Shown here piece by piece: positions 38,434-52,005 of a stretch of DNA of 60,142 bases. The translations under genes and the position numbers were made by a program. Every line of letters starts with the position of its first letter. Positions within the stretch are counted from its first letter, which is position 1. The notes below the pieces were generated by a model, which was not told the origin of the DNA, ran no database searches, and worked only from the letters and a program-made list of their open reading frames with translations. Origin of the DNA: Moniliella sp. 'wahieum' (lineage: Eukaryota); NCBI GenBank assembly GCA_003971905.1, contig RSEE01000050.1, positions 434,001-494,142 of the forward strand. Direction: 5' to 3'.

Positions 38434-39803
38434 GAAAAGGGGAAACACTGTTGTGAGCCTGAGGCCTGAGGCTCAGGGCCTGTAACCCTGAGGGTGACCG
38501 GTGACCATCCTGCTTCCGTGGCCTCAGGCAGGGGCTCCTCAGGCCTCACATGCCTCTTCCAGCCTGGGCAATCCTACTCTTCATATCTCAGAAGGCAAAA
38601 AGAAGCCCCAAGCAAACTGCCTGTGATGATCTCTATCTAGATCATGCAATGTTCGATAATTAAGCTTGAAGCTTTAAGCTTAAGCTTTAAGGTCAGTATC
38701 AATGAGGCTGCAAAGTCACGGAACGGGCATGGGGCAGTGTACACGTTGAAAAGCATCGAGCACATGTGGGTGCAATCATAAGGCCGATCTGTCACGCGTC
38801 ACGGTCCTCTTGTAGTTTAATCGCGTTATAATTAGGTAAACCTCCTCAGATCTCTCAGATCTCACAGCTCTCCGCCGAACTTGTTTCCTTCTCTCTACTA
38901 GTTGTTACCGGTTACCAGCGCATCCTTTGCTTCCCTTGGTACTTGGCTGGCCGTAGCAGCGAAATAGCAACGCGCAACGTGCACGCAGCTTCGAGCTTCC
39001 AGCGTCAAGCGTGACTTAGCGTTTAACCCTAGGGCCTCGCCCTCCATATCTCACGATCTCACATTTCGTGTAAACATGTCACATGTCACGTGTCACCCTG
39101 CGGGCGCCGTCGTTCCGATCCTCAAATTGGCTCGAACGAGATCACATGAGTGCATCGGTCTTGTGCGAGCCCAAGCCATCAGATGTATCGACCGACAGCA
39201 TGTCGGAGCGCTCGGAAGACAGCCACAAACCTTATTGTGCGAACAGGATATGCGTGCCGGCGTTGTTAATTGTTGGGGGTCCCTTTGGCACTTCCGGGTA
39301 CTGCGGGGTACTGCCTCTTCTTCCTCTTCAGCGAAGGGTGTGGCATGTGATGCATGTGATTGGATAGCACAACACAAGCGCCAAGCCTCTCTATTAGTCT
39401 CTACCACACAAAACGCCTTCGAGAGCGCCCGCGGGTACACAATAAAAAGGGTTACAAACATTGGATACCTGCCACTCCGGCTATTTAACTGATTGCCTCT
39501 GTCATGCATGTCCCTGTCCCCATATCCCCTTCTTCAGATCTTTCTTCAGACTTCACGTTGAAGCTTCAAACTTCAAGCTTCCCTTATTTCTTCTCTCGCT
39601 TTGCCTCACATGCTCACACCACTTCGACCCATCTCGATCGTCATCGATCATCGATCATCTTCCTGAATCGTGATACACCGTGTGAACGGCACTTAGCACT
39701 TAGTGCCCAGTACTCGGCACGATCATTTGTATCCACTTCGCATCGGTTGTAGACAAGCAATTAACGTCTCTGGGAAAAATGAATTGCCACGATGGGGAGG
39801 AGC

Positions 39804-42800
39804 TCAGAGATACAGCGATGGGGAGAAGATGATGCTGTTGGGGCGCTCGAGCAATTCCAAGGCGGCCTTGAACCGGTGTTCCAACTCCTCGTTCCCGATG
39901 GCTTTCGCGGCATCGACAAGTTGGCGCAAAAGTTCTTGTAGACGGCGGAATGTGCGGATGATGGTGCCTTCAAAAACATCAGTGAGCTTGATGAGCTCGG
40001 CAAAGTTCTTACCACTGCACCATAACAACACAGGCTGGATGAGTTCCACCTTGAAGGAACGCACATAGTCGTCCTCCTTGATGTCCAATCGGCTCTCCCG
40101 CGCCACACGTGCGATTCTCCGTGCCGTGTCCTGCAGCGCCTGGAGAGGCTGCACTAGCGCCTCTGGGATCTGCGCGGGTGTCTCGCTCTTCTCTTGGAAG
40201 ACAAGGTGGAGGCAAGAGCCGCGCATGAGGCTGGATCCAGCGTGTTGAAAACGCCCGAGAAAATGAGTTCCGTAAGCAACAGCTCGTCTCCCGTAGAGAT
40301 CTCGCATGCAACTCGTCCCTTTTGCAGTACGACGTCTGCCTCCGACACAAAGCCCAAACGACGGAGAACACGCTTACGCGACTTGAGCTCGTCCAGCTGA
40401 AGGACATTGCGCGCCGCAGCCAATTTGGCCGCCAACGCCTCGGCGCGCGCAAATGCATCAAGCTTGGCAGCGTATTCAGCCTCGAGAGCCGCAACCTGTT
40501 TGTGCGTGCTACTCTTGTCGGTGGAAACAACCTTCTTCCCTTCTTGCCTTCTTTCTTCACCACCAGGTCTTTGGAAACTGCTTCTTCGAGCGAAGTAGTC
40601 AGCTCTTTACTGCGCTTGCGCAGCAATTCCATCTTTTTGAGCAACGTCTTGAATGCATCGTCCTTGATCTTCATGTCCTTGACAGGGTCCAGACGGGGTG
40701 GGTTTCCCTTGACGCGCCGCTGGACTTCGGCCAAATTCTTGCGCATCTGCGCCCGCTTTTCCTGCGAACGCACATCCAGCATCACGATTCGAACCCCCGT
40801 CAAGTCCCGGATACAAGACAAGAGCACGGGCACGACGATCATCTCCCCTTCCCCGCCCTTGCCGACTGGGTGCATGGGTGGTGCAGCGTTGGGCCGGGAG
40901 GGCCAGGCGGAGGGGGTAGCCCAAGGATGGAACGCGCCTTGCCATGACGGACAGCGTCCGAACCAGGCTCGAGAGGCGCCACCACCAAAAGCACGTCGAC
41001 AATGTATCCCTCAGCCGCATGTAGAGGATCTTGTTGGGCACGCTCGAACTCCGCAGCTGCTTCCTTACTACGCGGAGGCTGGCGTTTTTGGAACTCAACG
41101 ACTGCCCCAGCCAAAGTCCTCTTCGCCATGTTGAACCCGTACAAGGCGTCCAGATTGAATAAAAGGAAGCGCATAAGATGGGTGGGTAGTGACAGCAAAG
41201 TAATCACTCTCCAACAGCTGCAGCTGTTTGCGCACGGCTTCCAAATCGGCCAGAATGGGTTCGTGCTTAACAATAATGGCCTTGGCCGTGGTCTCGGCCG
41301 CATCGCGCTCCCGTTCAAGACCAGGGATGGAGGCGGCTTGTTGGAACTGGTAGAAACATCGCTCCAACATGTATTCGGGACTGATTCCCTCGACGCGCAT
41401 CAGATTAAGGACCATGTTGTACCCCAAGTGGAACGCCGAGTCGAGCCGGTCTGCCTGCCCCCGAATCATTTGCTTGGCATCGTCCGGTTCCAATTGCTCA
41501 TCAAACATCATAATCACAATACCACGGTCATCCAGTCCACGACGGCCGGCCCGACCAGACATTTGATAAACTCGCCGGACGAAAGGTTGCGGAACGTAGT
41601 CCCATCCCACTTGCGCACACTAGTGAATACCACCGTCTTGGCCGGCATATTCAGGCCAATGGAGAAAGTCTCGGTGGCGAAAAGAACCTTGAGCAAACCC
41701 TCTTGGAACAAAATCTCAATGACTTCCTTAAGAATAGGGAGAAGCCCGCCGTGATGGATACCAATGCCGCGCTGAAGAAGGGGGAGAATGTGTTTGATCT
41801 GGGGCAATTCCTGGTCCTCAGGAGCCAGGACACTGATCGCATTGTTGAAAACGGTGCTCACCGTGTCGCGCTCCTCGTCCGTGTTGAATTCAAGCTTGCT
41901 CATCTGCATGGCCAGCGCTTCGCACTCACGCTTGCTAAACGCAAAAACAATCACCGGGTTGTAGTTCTTGACCATGATCATCTTGACGATTTTGTAAATG
42001 TCCGACTGGCCATCCTCGTTCTCGTTCTTGCCCTTCTTGGTTTGGCCCTTGCGCTTGCCCGCACCCGAGGTCACGGCGCTCGGGTCTTCGCCGCCGCTGG
42101 CCTTGAGGGCACCCATGGCTTTTTGAAAGTTCTCATCGCGGAAGGTGCCCTTTTCATCGACGACAAGGTAAATTCCCTCGGCGGACTGCGGGTAGAGGTA
42201 GTGCTGAAGGGGGTGGGACGGAAATTGGTGTAGACGACATGACACGACTGCTGGTGGGTTTGCGCAATCCACTCGGCAAATTGCATCGCGTTGGGAATCG
42301 TTGCCGAGAGAAAGACGTAACGGACTTGCCTTGGCAGGAGAATAATCGTCTCTTCCCAGACCACGCCACGGTCCTTGTCGCGCATATAATGAATCTCGTC
42401 AAAGATAACCCAAGCTACCTCGCGCATGATCTCTGAACCACGGTAAAGCATTGAACGCAGAATCTGTAAGAGAGAGTCAGCAGCTGGTTGGGGCACGTAA
42501 GGGGAACGGGGGGAGACGGGGGGGACGTACCTCGGTCGTCATTACGAGACAACTTGCACTTGGGTTGATCGTGACATCTCCCGTCATGAGGCCCACATCT
42601 CCGAACTCTGCAGTGAGTTCACGGTACTTTTGGTTGGATAGGGCCTTGATGGGCGAAGTGTAGACTACACGCTGCTTGGCTTTGAGGCAGTGGGCAATGG
42701 CGTACTCAGCCACCACCGTCTTACCAGCCGACGTATGGGCAGATACGAGAACCGACTCGTTCCTCTGGATACAGTACACGGAAGTTTGTTGGAATGGGTC

Positions 42801-43386
42801 AAGCGTGAAGGGGTACACCTTGGCTGGCTCCTTGGGGGGCACATGGGCGGCAAGAGGGGTGTAGGCTACCCCGGCTGGGACCGCGACTTGGTGCCGTACC
42901 GAGTGGCGCAGCTGCACTTTGCCGGCAGCCTTTCCCTCTCCAGTAGTAAGTGTGGTAGCCTCGGTACTATCGGGGGTGGAAAGAGGGGGGGCGGTGGATC
43001 CAGCTGCTGCGCCCGAAGCGGCCGAAGCAGCAGCAATGTTTTGGATCGATTCGGCAGTGAAGTCGTCGGTCACCGTGATTGCTGCGTTTTCGGGTGCCTC
43101 AGCTTCCATCCCTTGGGCGCCATCGTCGACATTGCGTTTGTTCTCGGCAATGACAGCATCGTCGACCTTTTTTTCGGCTTCTAATGCCGCTTGGACGGGG
43201 GGGGAGAGCGCCATCGTCGCCCTCGTCAGACTGACCATCGTCAGAGCTGTCGCGACGGGCTGATTTGGAGGGAAGGCTGTCGTCCGGCTCCTGGGATGCG
43301 GGACGTTTTCCCTTCGCGCTGGACGAGGGCGGTACCTCGGCCGGTTTAGGCGGCGCGGAGAAGTCGAAGAGCTCGTCGGGATCCAT
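39804..43386 (-). CDS. MTR4: ATP-dependent Ski2-like RNA helicase Mtr4/Dob1; frameshifted
   Basis: [90 protein letters not shown] and [10 protein letters not shown]. Intron 42464-42530. Confidence 0.96.
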
Positions 43387-44272
43387 GCCGGAGATGGTGA
43401 AGGGAAAAAAAGGCCACGGCGTTGTACTTGAGAGCAATGTGTTCGGTCAAGCTCAAATTTGTCTGTCATTCCGCGCCGGCTTGCATTCCGCTCGCCCTCT
43501 CCGCACTGCAGCTGACATAAGTATTGAAGGAGTGCCGCATCAGGTGCATCACGTGATGAGGCTCACATGTCCCGTCCAAGGACATGGAAAGGCGGCAATT
43601 GGCTTGGTCCTCTTCTTCTACGCAAGTTCCAGCTAGGCAGAAACACCCCGTTCCATTCCCCACCATCTCTGTAGCCGATTGCTTGGAATCATCTTTAACT
43701 CTCAACATCCTGTTAGTAAGTTGTGGTCGGCCATGCGGCCGAACGGAGTGTTAAGCAAATTTGACTTGTGTCCAGCTTGAGACGCTATATGGATGAAGGG
43801 TGGGTGCCCTCGCGAGGACAGAGAGTTGACGATTGCGCTGAGAGACGCAATCGCAAAATTTGCTTTTGCCAATGCGGTTCTTGGTATCACACCCGATACA
43901 TAGCCTATCTCGTCTATAGATGTACCAATCGCATGAAGTAGCATGCACTCGGCGATCCGCTCAGCGTTTGAGTACATATACCGATCAAGATGGGCTTTAT
44001 GTGCATGTTGCACGTGTCCAAAAATGAGCTTCAAACAGACGCGATACGAGCAGAGCTACCAAACTAGTACATTATCAAAAGACAGAGAAGAAAGGCAGCC
44101 TGGCAAGCACGCCCAAACAAATGAGACCAGGTCGGACCGATAGCGATAAGGTGGAAACGAAGGGGTCAGCCTTCCTGGCCGAAAAAGGAGGCTTGATAAT
44201 GATGTCCGTGAGGTGGATTCGCCCTCTGATGAAAAAGATATAGCGGCGAAAGGAAATAAGAACCAAGGGTCT

Positions 44273-45587
44273 TCAGGTATGGGCGATGACTGATGGCTCA
44301 GCTCGTCTCTGGAGTGTCCCCGGTGGATTCTGCCCTGCCATTTGGCGATTGATTGGGGCCAACTCGTCCTCTTCCCACAATGGCAGCTCGGGGTAGGCAC
44401 GCTTGACGTTGTACTCGGCGCCCATGGCCATGAGACAAATAAAAGGGTTGGTGACAAGTGCAAGAATGCCACCGTAGGTGCACTTGATCGCTGGGCCGAC
44501 CCAGGTGTGGGCCATTTGGTGGCCAGTCCAGATGGGCGCGACAATGCATAGGGAAATGCCCCAGAAAGGGGCCCAGACCACCAGCGCCGAAATGCCAAGG
44601 CCCTGAACAATGGTCCAAAGGAAACGCTGACAGCGCTGACCAAAGCTGACGGAAGGTGCAAGGATATCGTTGCGCTCGGTACCACAGAAGATGAAGCGAA
44701 CGAACCAAAGGCAAAATGCTTTGAACCAGCCCGTTTCGGAGGTGACAAGTGGGCCCATGGGAGGGTCTGTCCCGCCGGCACCTGGGAGGGCAAGCGGGTG
44801 CCCAGGAACTTGGTGCCTTGGGGCTGGGAGTGGAAGGAAGATGCAACAAATAGGCCAAGGCCGGCTCAGAGGAGCCACCACACCCTTATACACGTCACGA
44901 TGGACCATGGTGGAGGTAGATGACATAGGTGACAGTGCCCTGAATGAGGATGGTAACTGCCATGTCACCGGCAATTGTGTTGTCTTTGAGTTTCCACATA
45001 GTGATGTTGTTATCTGAGTTTTTACGATACATGGCGCAGGCGATCCCTCCAAAGTTGGCACCGGCCGAGATGAAGACGGCACCAATGATGTGAAAGATAA
45101 GCAAGTACCAACCTTGGGGTGTGGAGGCTCAGCGGTCCAGGGATGCGCCACATCTGCCACCAGGAGGGCTTGACTGGGTTAATGGTGCCACTGTCGGGGA
45201 AGGGCGCGCCAAAGGCAAGCTTCTTGCCTTTGAGGCCATACTCTTCAGGTCGCTTGGGCACACCACGGCGGGGAACACCCTCGTCAAAGACGGGATGTGG
45301 GGGCTGCTGCTGTTTCTCTACATCTGAGGCGGCAGCACTGGGAGAGGTTGGCGCCGAGGGCAGAGGGGCGGCCAAGGTAGGCTGGGGCGTGTTGTTGGAG
45401 GCGCTATTTGGAGGTGGGACCTGCAACGTTGGCTTGGGCGGGGTGGGATCAACGAGGGTGGCGGCGCCCTCGGAGGCGCGCGGTGGGGGGGCGTGGGCGT
45501 CGGGGCGCCGGAGCGGGCGTCGACAAAGACGTCGTTGGCGGATGACGAGCGGGACGACGGGCGGGTGTCCATGTCAGGCGCCGTCAT
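44273..45587 (-). CDS. Fungal multi-pass membrane protein, DUF2456-like; frameshifted
   Basis: IFHIIGAVFISAGANFG(I)ACAMY..TMWKL..NTIAGDMAVTILIQ and VWAPFWGISLCI..TWVGPAIKCTYGGILALVTNPFI. The family call is from recalled similarity and needs an HMM check. Confidence 0.7.
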
Positions 45588-45873
45588 GGCAGCGCAGGGA
45601 GGGGGTGGTGGTGGTGAAGCGCAGGAAAAATCAGACGCTTGTCGCTTGGAGCTTGCTGTCGCACCAGGTGACCACAGTAGCCTGGTGCGGCTCAGCGTAA
45701 TGAACGTGGTCGTCTGGTACGTGCCCACAGTGCGTAGCGTAGCCACAACCTGAACGAACCTACGCTGTGATGTGCAGGATGCATGATGCATGATGTTTGT
45801 CTGAGCGATCTGAGCAGCAAAAGCCCTCCGCCCGTCGATGATCGCAATGACCAATCGATCGTCCCATGATGTA

Positions 45874-45897
45874 TGATGCATGATGCATGATGCATGA
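45874..45897. repeat. 7-bp-period array TGA(TGCA TGA)x3
   Basis: Read directly from the sequence. Confidence 0.95.
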
Positions 45898-46114
45898 ATC
45901 AACAATTAATCAGCTTTCATTATTTGTGCCTGGCCGATCCGTCGGGGTGCTTGACGCGTCACGTGTCCGTGACATTTGAAAGGGCCAGCTGTCGACGGCG
46001 TACGTAAGTCCGCGTGGCGCACTCCGCTCGCTCTGGTCGGTACACTCAGGCGGCCTGCACGTCCCTTTGGCAACCGCACTGGCCGAGGCCACCCGATTGG
46101 CCCTCCGCCTCGCC

Positions 46115-47017
46115 ATGGACACCGCCGCCTCTGCCGCGCTCCCGCAGCCCATCGACCCGCTCCACGCGCTGCTCCTCCGCCAGCGCGCTCTCCACGCATT
46201 TGTCCACGGCCCCCCCTCCGCCCCCTCCGCCCCTCCTCCGCCTCCCACCGCGCCCACCGACACCGACACCGCCACCGCTACCCCCACCCTCGCTGCCCGC
46301 ACCGCCCAAGCCAGCGCGCTACTGTGGGAGCGGGCCCAGCAGGACCCTGTCCTCAGTGCCTTTCTGGCCAACTGTACGTCTGCCCCTCACTCCTCCACCT
46401 CTTCTCACGCACTGCCAGGGCGCAGGCTCTGACGCACCTCCGGCCCATGCTCCAGACGCACGCGACCAAGCCTACCTCTCTCCCGAGTTTGTCTTGTCGG
46501 GCCATGTGCCCGACGAGGACACGCGCCCGCGCCGCCCACAGAGCCCAACTGAGTCTGCTGGTGGAAATGTTGCCGCAATGGAAGGAAGTGGCGCGCCAGC
46601 TGGAAGAGTGCAGTTTGTTGGACAAGCGCGACGTACTTACCCTCCGCGTACCCGCTCCGGCTCTGGAGCCTACCTCCTCCCGGCCGCCCGGGCCGCGGCG
46701 CCCTGCCAGCCGAGCAAGGCATGCCTTCCTCCGACTCGCTGGATGGCGTCGATGCCCGGCCGCACACGACAGAGCAAGTGCTGGAGGACCTGGCACGCCG
46801 GCTCGCGCAGTTGGACACGGACGTCCTGGCGGGCCTCCGGGCCGACTCGGTCGAGTTGGAACAAGAGATGAACTCCCTCTTGGCATCGTATGGCCAGTAT
46901 GTGGATACGGTGAGCGAGTTGTGTGTCCAGTGGGACCAAGCGCTGTACGCGATGGAACGGCAGGTCACCCAGCTCGAGGCGCAGCAGCGACGAGTCGAGG
47001 AGGCCGAGACGTTATGA
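46115..47017 (+). CDS. Dynactin subunit 3 (p22/p24, Ro-10)-like coiled-coil protein
   Basis: LLLRQRALHAFVHG, FLAN|YARDQAYLSPEF (intron 46374-46455) and C-terminal LLASYGQYVDTVSELCVQWDQALYAME, resembling the DCTN3 LLxxY..SxxFVQWD motif. Confidence 0.68.
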
Positions 47018-47247
47018 CGTTATGTAGGTCTCTTTTCTACTGAGATACCCTAGCCTATGCAACGCGAATCGAATAGGTTGCCCGCCCTATGGTTTAGTGA
47101 ACATCTCAGGTGTATATCGAGCCTGACTCATCCAGAGCCAGGAGAAAAAGAGAAACAGGGATCAAACACACAACAGAAGCGCCCAAATTTTGGTCAAGGA
47201 GAGGGAGCACTTGGAAACCACAGCCACAAAACAGAGAGAGAGAAGAG

Positions 47248-50200
47248 CTAGGCATAACTCTCCAAATTGAGCGTCAAGGTCGCCGACGAGTTGACGGCCT
47301 GGTCGCGGTAAATGCCGACAAGTGCCTGAGAACGTTCGTACAACGACGCCTTGAGCGAAATGACGATGAACTGGAAAGCATCATTGGCGTGCTGCCGAAT
47401 ATAATCGCTAACCTTGGCCCATTTTGCGAATCCAGCGCCGCATCCACCTCGTCCAACACAAAGAACGGCGCGGGTTGGTAAGAGTGGATGGCAAACAAGA
47501 GAGCAAGGGCGGCCATCGTCTTCTCGCCGCCACTCAACTGGTCCATGTCCCGGAAACGCTTCATGGGCGGCATGGCATGGTACTTGATCCCGCTAAGGTA
47601 GGGTTCCTCCGTATCTTCCAATGACAGGTAAGCAATCCCACCCATGGGGGCGGCCCGTCCCTTGGTGAGCTCCTTGTAGATCGGATCGATTCGTTCCGAA
47701 ATGTGACGGTAGGCGCGATTGAACAGTCGCATCTCCTCCGTTTGATCCGCGCAAACTCGTCCCTAGCCTTCTGGCCTCTCGGCGCGAGCGCTCAAACTCT
47801 TGCTCGGTTTGAGCCAATTTGGTCTCCGTGTCTCCCAGACGCTCGTTGGCCTTCATGTTGGGCACCATACGGTCAATTTCCGAGGTTGCCTCCTCGATCC
47901 GTTCGGAAAAGGTCTGCTCCATCTGCTCAGAGCCATCACGCTTTTCTTCGTCGGTCAAATCGTCATATACGACTCGAATACCATAATCGCGAATGTGGAC
48001 CGGCGCGGTCGAGTCTTGGTCCACGTCCATTGCATCGTCCTCGTCTGCTGCGTTCATCAGGGGCACGCTGGCCAAGTCGCCCCGGCTCAAGGGCAAGTCC
48101 ACACCTCAAGGCGGCAGCGGCGGTAGACCTCAAGGCGTTCCGAGCCCAGACGCACGATCGTGTCGTTGCACGCGGCGATTTGACGATGGGCGCTATCAAG
48201 TGCCCGGATTGCCTGAGAAGCGCTTCGCTTCGCCGCTGACAGGGCTTGTTTGGCCTCGTCGTGTTCCGCCTGGAGCTGTGTGAGGCGGTTGGCCGCAGCC
48301 TGGCTCTGGTTTCGCAGGTCATCTACCTCGGACAGGGTCGCGTCCCGCTGGACTTGAGCAGCTTCCATCTTAGTACGTTCCTTCTCGATCGATCGTGCCA
48401 ACGTCCGCAACCGTTCCTCCACGCCCGTCACCGTCTGCAGTTCAAAGTTGAGCTGGTGCGTGATGCGCTTGACGTGAGTCTCGGACTGAAGACGAGCAGC
48501 CGCCTGGGCTTCGAGCAGGCGAACTTGACGTTCTTCGTAGGCACGGATGTGAGGAACCCCAATGCGCTCGCAGAATTCCAAACACATCGTCCTCAGCTGC
48601 GGCAATCGTCGCCCGCAGCCCGCTCGTCCGAGCTTCCTCGGCAGCCACGGCTGCCCGCGCTTCCTCCAGTTGAGGGGAAACCTTAATCTGGGCTGCAGCC
48701 ATTGATTCCTCCTCCGCCAGGTCAGACAACTTGCTTTCCAAGGCGCGTAGTTCGTCTCGCACACCGGCCATGTCAGCCTCGATCGTGTTAATTTGCCCTG
48801 TGACGGTGCTGTCATCTCCGAGAGCAACCTTGCGCTTTTGCAGCTCCTTGAGCTCTGCGTGCGCCGCGTCTTTTTGTCGCTGAAGCGCCATCAGTTCCTT
48901 CTCGTCCCATCGCCGGGTAGGGGCCTGGCGGTCTTGCCCACCCGTGATGAGACCACTTTTGTGAATGATGCCCTCGAGGGTGACCGCCTTGCCCTCTTGG
49001 CGATGCTCGTACGCCACTTTCCGGGCAATTGCCATCGTATCACATACGAGAGCATTCCCACATGCATGCTGGACAGCACGCAGAACAGCACCGGGGAACC
49101 GCATCACATCGATGGCTAGGCGAGCACCTTTGACCAAGCTGCGCAAACGGTCATTGATGGGCTTGACTTGGATCGTATCCAGCGGGATAAAGGTGGCTTG
49201 TCCCACACGCTGGTTGCGCATGTACTCAATACAGTCGATAGCTGTTTTCTCGTGATCCACCACGATCGCGTCGGCGTTGCGTCCCAGCACAGTCGAGATG
49301 GCCGTTCCATACTTGGCTTGTGTCGGCTCGCACAAGTCAATGATGCGCCCCCGCACGCCAGGGAAAAGACGTGTAAGCGTCGAGATGGTCTCCCGCATCC
49401 GTACCGCCCGATCCGATTCACGCTGGTCCGCTGAGCCTGAAGGAGGCGGTTGAGCGTCTCCTGAAGAGATTGCTGCAACACGCGTTCCCTTGAACGAATC
49501 TCCTCGCGCGCTGTGCGAAGCTGCTCAGCCTCGGCCCGGGTGCGGGCCAGGTTAGCATCCAATTGGGAAAGCCGCGCCTCGGCATCGGACCGAAGGGGAC
49601 GTAGACGATCTTGTTCCTCTTGGAGACGCTCCCGCTGGCTTGTGAGCAAAGCGGCTTTGTCTTCCAAGCTACGAATCGCTTCTGTTGCGGCACGAAGCGA
49701 GCGCTCCATGGTAGCAAACTGTTGCCGCTCAGGCATGGCCCGGCCTTCGGCAATGGCCTTGAGCTCGAGGTACTCGGCATGATCTTGCTCGTTGAGCGCC
49801 AGACCGGCAGCCTCCGCGGCAGCCTGACGGCGGGCCTCTGCAGTGGCAGCAGCGGCCTGAGCCGTCGCGCGATCCGCCTGTAGTTTGGTAACCTTGTCCT
49901 TATGCTTGACCAGATCAGCTTCAACGCGGTCACGCACGTGCTCGGAATTCTCAATGGGCGCGGCGCGAATATTCAATCCTCGTTTCGACCGCTTCCAGCG
50001 CGGTGGTTGCGCTTCGCTCAGCTCCGCCTGGGTCCGCTTGATGGCAGTCTCTTGCGCCAGAATGTCGCGCTGAACACGACCTGCGGCTGTTCGAGCGGCC
50101 GTAACACTCTGTTCTTTCGCCGGCCCGGTCTTGGAGTTCAGCAAGTTGCGCGCTCAAATTCTCAATCGTCTCCGTTTGGCGGTTGACGTCCCGGTCGATA

Positions 50201-50992
50201 TGAAAGAGCTTCCACAACAAGTGCTGGCGGACAAGGTCGTCTTTGGCATCAAGAAGTGCTTCGTAGCGCTCCGCTTCGCTCTTCTGCTCACGGAATTGCT
50301 TGTCCGAATTGATGCCGCGACGCTTGTTGAAGGCAAAGGTGGAGTTTTCGGTCGCCTTGTCCATGGCAACCTTGGCTTGTTCGTACTCCCTCGTAGCAGA
50401 TCGAGGAGCCACTGATCTGGTCCACCAACTTGCTGAGGTCTTTAGCGCTTTGAGAGGCAACCGCTTCCACGTCGCCTTGGAACACGAGGAAATTCTTGGC
50501 CTTGACGAGGATGTTAAACTGCATGAGCTTGGCGTTGTACTGGGCGTAGGAAGTGACGCGCCCGTTCAGACGGTATTCGCTGCCCCCACTGAGGTAAATA
50601 CTAGGTAGCCAACAGAGGGTCAGCCATGAAAGAGATGGGGGAAGGGGGATACGTACGTGCGCATGAACTCATGCTCGGCGCCGCGTCCATCGCGGTAAAT
50701 GGCCTTGACCGAGGCGCGCTGGCCAGATCCTGGCCGCGCGGAGCGTCAGCCTGGTCGTCGTCGGACCCATCGTCGTCCTCGTCGCGGCGACCGCGATAAA
50801 TGAGGTCGCGGAGCTGGCTGGAGCGCAGCTGTTGGCTCTTGACGCCCAAGACGAAGGAGATGGCGTCCATGAGGTTGGACTTGCCGCTGCCATTGGGGCC
50901 AATGACACAGCTGAAGGAGTAGAAGGGGCCGATGACCTGCTTGCCACGGTAGCTCTTGAAGTTCTCCGTCTCGAGACGGACGAGAGAGGCAT
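47248..50992 (-). CDS. SMC1: Cohesin subunit SMC1; frameshifted
   Basis: ENFKSYRG, Walker [38 protein letters not shown], hinge [43 protein letters not shown] and [13 protein letters not shown]. Intron ~50601-50656. Confidence 0.96.
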
Positions 50993-52005
50993 GGCGGGCA
51001 GGCGGCTTGGTGGGGGCGGTGCGGAAGGCAGCGCAGGTGGTTAGACGCGGCAGAGGCGCTCTGGCCGCCGGGCGGGCGACGTCGTCTACGCGCCCGACGC
51101 GAGCCGAAGGAACGCGTCCCCAACACTGCGCCCGTGCCGCTAGGGTTCGGCCATCGCGTGTGGGTGGCTGGCCCAAGTTGAACGTTCATATTACCCAGGC
51201 TGGGAGGGATTAGTGATTCGTGGCCCACCAGTCTACGCCCGCTCCGGCCCACACCTTCGACCTTTGTTTGACACGGCCGTGGTGAGGTTAGCCGCGCATT
51301 GGCCAGCTCTGGCTCTTTTTCGCGGCTTCCAACTTGGTCAATGCGGCCGGCTGCTTTCGGGATGCATTCGGTATGTTCGCTGGCTTCTCTTCTCGTCGGC
51401 CATCACATGTCATGCATGTCACAGCCGAACCATTCTTCACTCTCTGCTATCGTCGGCAACTCCGACAGGATCACAGCAGGGCGGTACTTGTCCCCTAAGA
51501 AACTCATAGCATTCCAACGCATACAGACCTCACACGTGGACCTGGCAACAAAGGGGCCCCACTTCCCCTGCAAGCCATACAGACTCAGCACGAGAAACGG
51601 GCTGGATCTAGGACTCTGCCTTTGCGAATGCACGGGGGCCACAAGGTCCCCACGCACCGGGCACCTGCACTACCAAAGGGACTCGCCCACCACCAGGGCA
51701 GGCGGCAGGCTAAGCCTCCCGGGAGCCAGGCCCTGAGAGAGATAAGTGCTCTCCTCGCCCTTAAGAGCCCAACCTCAAAACGAAACACAGCCATCAGTAC
51801 CAACAGACAAGGGACACTAAACACAAAAAAACAAGACCAAGCAAATCGGCCGGGGAAGTAGATGCATAGATGGGGTGGATTGGATCACCACCGTTTTGAG
51901 CCACTCTCGGTCTCGGTCATAGTGCCCCGTCTCGGGATCCGCTCAACAGCATGTGGGGCACAAGAGCCCGACAAGGGAAAGAACCACAGGCAAATTCGAG
52001 CCAAG

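Noticed and set aside
40322..42233. Long + strand ORFs overlapping MTR4 (and similar ones over CHC1, SMC1 and the APSES gene)
   Set aside because: Antisense shadow ORFs expected from GC-rich codon usage.
7865..45897. CRISPR-like or telomeric interpretation of the short repeat arrays
   Set aside because: There are no 23-50-bp repeats with unique spacers, no cas genes and no (TTAGGG)n runs. The DNA is eukaryotic and the units are 7 bp.
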